64,000 nt of DNA from Podarcis melisellensis (taxonomy: Eukaryota), in assembly GCA_964234715.1 (NCBI GenBank), contig OZ174281.1, one strand, 5' to 3'. The notes below the pieces were generated by a model. It was not told where the DNA came from. It did no database searches and saw only the letters and a program-made list of their open reading frames with translations. How positions within the stretch are numbered: position 1 is the stretch's first letter; each line of letters opens with the position of its first letter. The translations under genes were made by a program, and so were the position numbers. Below are positions 61,896 to 64,000 of this stretch, piece by piece.

Positions 61896-63423
61896 CTCAC
61901 ACCCCAAGACCCCATTGTCTAGGCCTCATGGCCCTTGATAAAGGTAGTGACACCCTCAACCTCCGCGAGTTTCACATGAAATGTGCTGAATAAATGGTGC
62001 ACCTCGAACTGAAGAAAATTGAACAGAGGCTCAAAAGTCTGTTGACTTATAAAACATACTTGGTCCACTGACTATTCAAGTATGTGTAAAGCATTAACTT
62101 GTTAGACATGTAACAAAGAAAGAAGCCCTCTTCAGGCAGTCAGACTGAAGATGTATTCAAATGTAGTCAGCTAGTGAAATAACTATCCACATCAGAAAAA
62201 TCTTCAAACCTAAACTGAATCGAAAGCTAGCCATTCTTGCTCTTACTTAACCCAAAGTAATAAATATCTGTATAGTTTAAGAGCAGAAGGGTGTTTTAAT
62301 ATTGATCTAGTGATGCTGGCAGCTTTCTCCTTCTTCTCAACCAAGGACTGCCTATTTTGAATGCATCCACTGAAGTCTTGAACTTGCAGTACTCACTTCC
62401 CCACAACTGCTCATAACTGGTTTTAGAAATGTATAGCAGTAATTTAAACTGCAGGAGACTGCTGTGTGGGTGGGGGTGGGGGAGAGGGAACTGGTGCCTG
62501 ATTTAAATAACCGTCTTGACAAGCAACATCCAAATAATCTACAGTAGTTCAAATGTATTGGTCTCATTCTGGGAATTGAAGTTAGCCCAAGAAAGGTTTC
62601 TGATTTACTGCTGTTCAAGACCTAGACAAACAAATATATAACCATACATATTATTTATATACTTCCAATTGATGCTGGAGTAGCACTTAGGCAATGAAGT
62701 ATGAGCTGCAATCTAAACAAGGAAAAGAAATCCCTATGCATTATACATCTTCGTTAATATACAAAAACTGAACACCTAGTCAATAGCACTCAAAATGGCC
62801 TAGACTCTTATCAGCAAAGTTCATACTTCAAACATTTTAGGTAACTGGCATGCTTACAACTCGAATTAAGAGGAGAAAAGACATTACTGTTTATTACTTT
62901 GTTTGAAATAGTCATATCTTGTCTTCCTGCAGGAGGTATCCATTACTGAAGTGCAAAACATTCCGAATTCATAGAGAGGGAGAAGAAAGATTCTAATTCA
63001 TTGGCAACGAGCCAGATATTTAAAAGCCATCAAATAGCCTTAATAACCAGAGGGCAACACTTGAACAAAGCCATATAGACTGTCTACTATGTTTTTTTTT
63101 TCTACGCATCTTGTAAATTTGCCCTCTTAGGTGTCAAGGTACGAATGGTCTTTGTTGCTCCTGGGGCAAGTAAAAATTATTAACTGTAGCAAAGTTATTA
63201 TGGCAGTGGTCAGTCTGAGTAGTGATTCCAGAGTTTGGTACAGAATCATGAAACAGGTTGAGGAATTGAGAAATCAAGCAATGCCAAGGGCTCATACGCA
63301 AGGCTAACCAAGGATTTATTACGCTAGCAGTATGAGAAACTGCTTTCCCATGGATTACTATTGTGGTAACCATATGTATACTGGAACCAAGTAGGTGGGG
63401 CAAAATATGTTTTTCATCCCTAA

Positions 63424-63798
63424 TAAAGTAAAGGTAAAGGACCTCTGGACAGTTAAGTCCAGTCAAAGGCGACTATGGGATGTAGCACTCATCTCACTTT
63501 TCAGGCCAAGGGAGCCGGCATTTGTCCACAGACAGCTTTCCTGGTCATGTGGCCACTACTAAACCACTACGAGCTCATGGAGGACTGTGACAAATGCCAG
63601 AGTGCATGGAAACACCATTTACCTTCTCGCTGCAGGGGTACCTATTTATCTACTTGCACTAGTGTGCTTTTGAGTTGCTAGGTTGGCAGAAGCTGCGACA
63701 GAGCAATGGGAGCTCAGCCCATCGCATGGATTCAAACTTCTGACCTTCTGATCCGCAAACCAAAGAGGTTCAGTGGTTTAGACCACAGCGCCACTCAC
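63424..63798 (-). mobile_element. Sauria SINE (older subfamily)
   Basis: gtaaaggtaaagg tail, cctatttatctacttgcac, gaccacagcgccac head; flanks tcatccctaa/tcacccctag (8/10). Confidence 0.9.
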
Positions 63799-64000
63799 TC
63801 ACCCCTAGTGGAAAGGATTGCAATGACTGGGTAGGAAGGAACCATTTGATTTGCCCGGCTGCTAAGGATCAGGCTAACACATGGTTATCCCAGCATGATG
63901 GGTAGTTGCTTCCATGCTAGTACAATACAGTGAGAAGTTGGTTCAAATGTCTAGCCAAAGTCATAGGCTAGCAGATAATGTATGTTCTAATAGTATTGCC

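Noticed and set aside
1-64000. Prokaryotic systems (CRISPR arrays, operons, defence islands)
   Set aside because: No regularly spaced repeats or dense long ORFs; the sequence is vertebrate non-coding DNA.

Overview
Eukaryotic, AT-rich, CpG-depleted non-coding DNA from a squamate reptile, most likely a lacertid lizard. This is inferred from the repeat content: Sauria SINEs with (ACCTTT)n tails, a Bov-B RTE LINE, MIR/Ther1-derived CORE-SINEs, Penelope-like elements, and lizard-type hAT and Tc1/mariner MITEs. I recognise no intact host protein-coding gene. The supplied ORFs are chance frames, microsatellite or N-gap artefacts, or transposon relics (Penelope GIY-YIG, L1, L2, Bov-B, hAT transposase). 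The window looks like a large intron or gene desert: transposon fragments alternate with repeat-free, locally CpG-retaining blocks that resemble enhancers, and two CTCF-like motifs are present. There is one assembly gap (46514-46720). Highlights: (1) a TSD-flanked Penelope-like retroelement carrying a near-intact minimal hammerhead ribozyme (13836-13873); (2) a solo LTR nested in a hAT MITE; (3) two adjacent OC1-like hAT MITEs; (4) a multi-hairpin foldback at about 48.7-48.95 kb; (5) candidate + strand splice sites at 35.9-40.8 kb, including a possible spliced 34-aa small ORF. Nothing here demonstrates a wholly new biological system. Family names come from recalled consensus motifs, not database searches.
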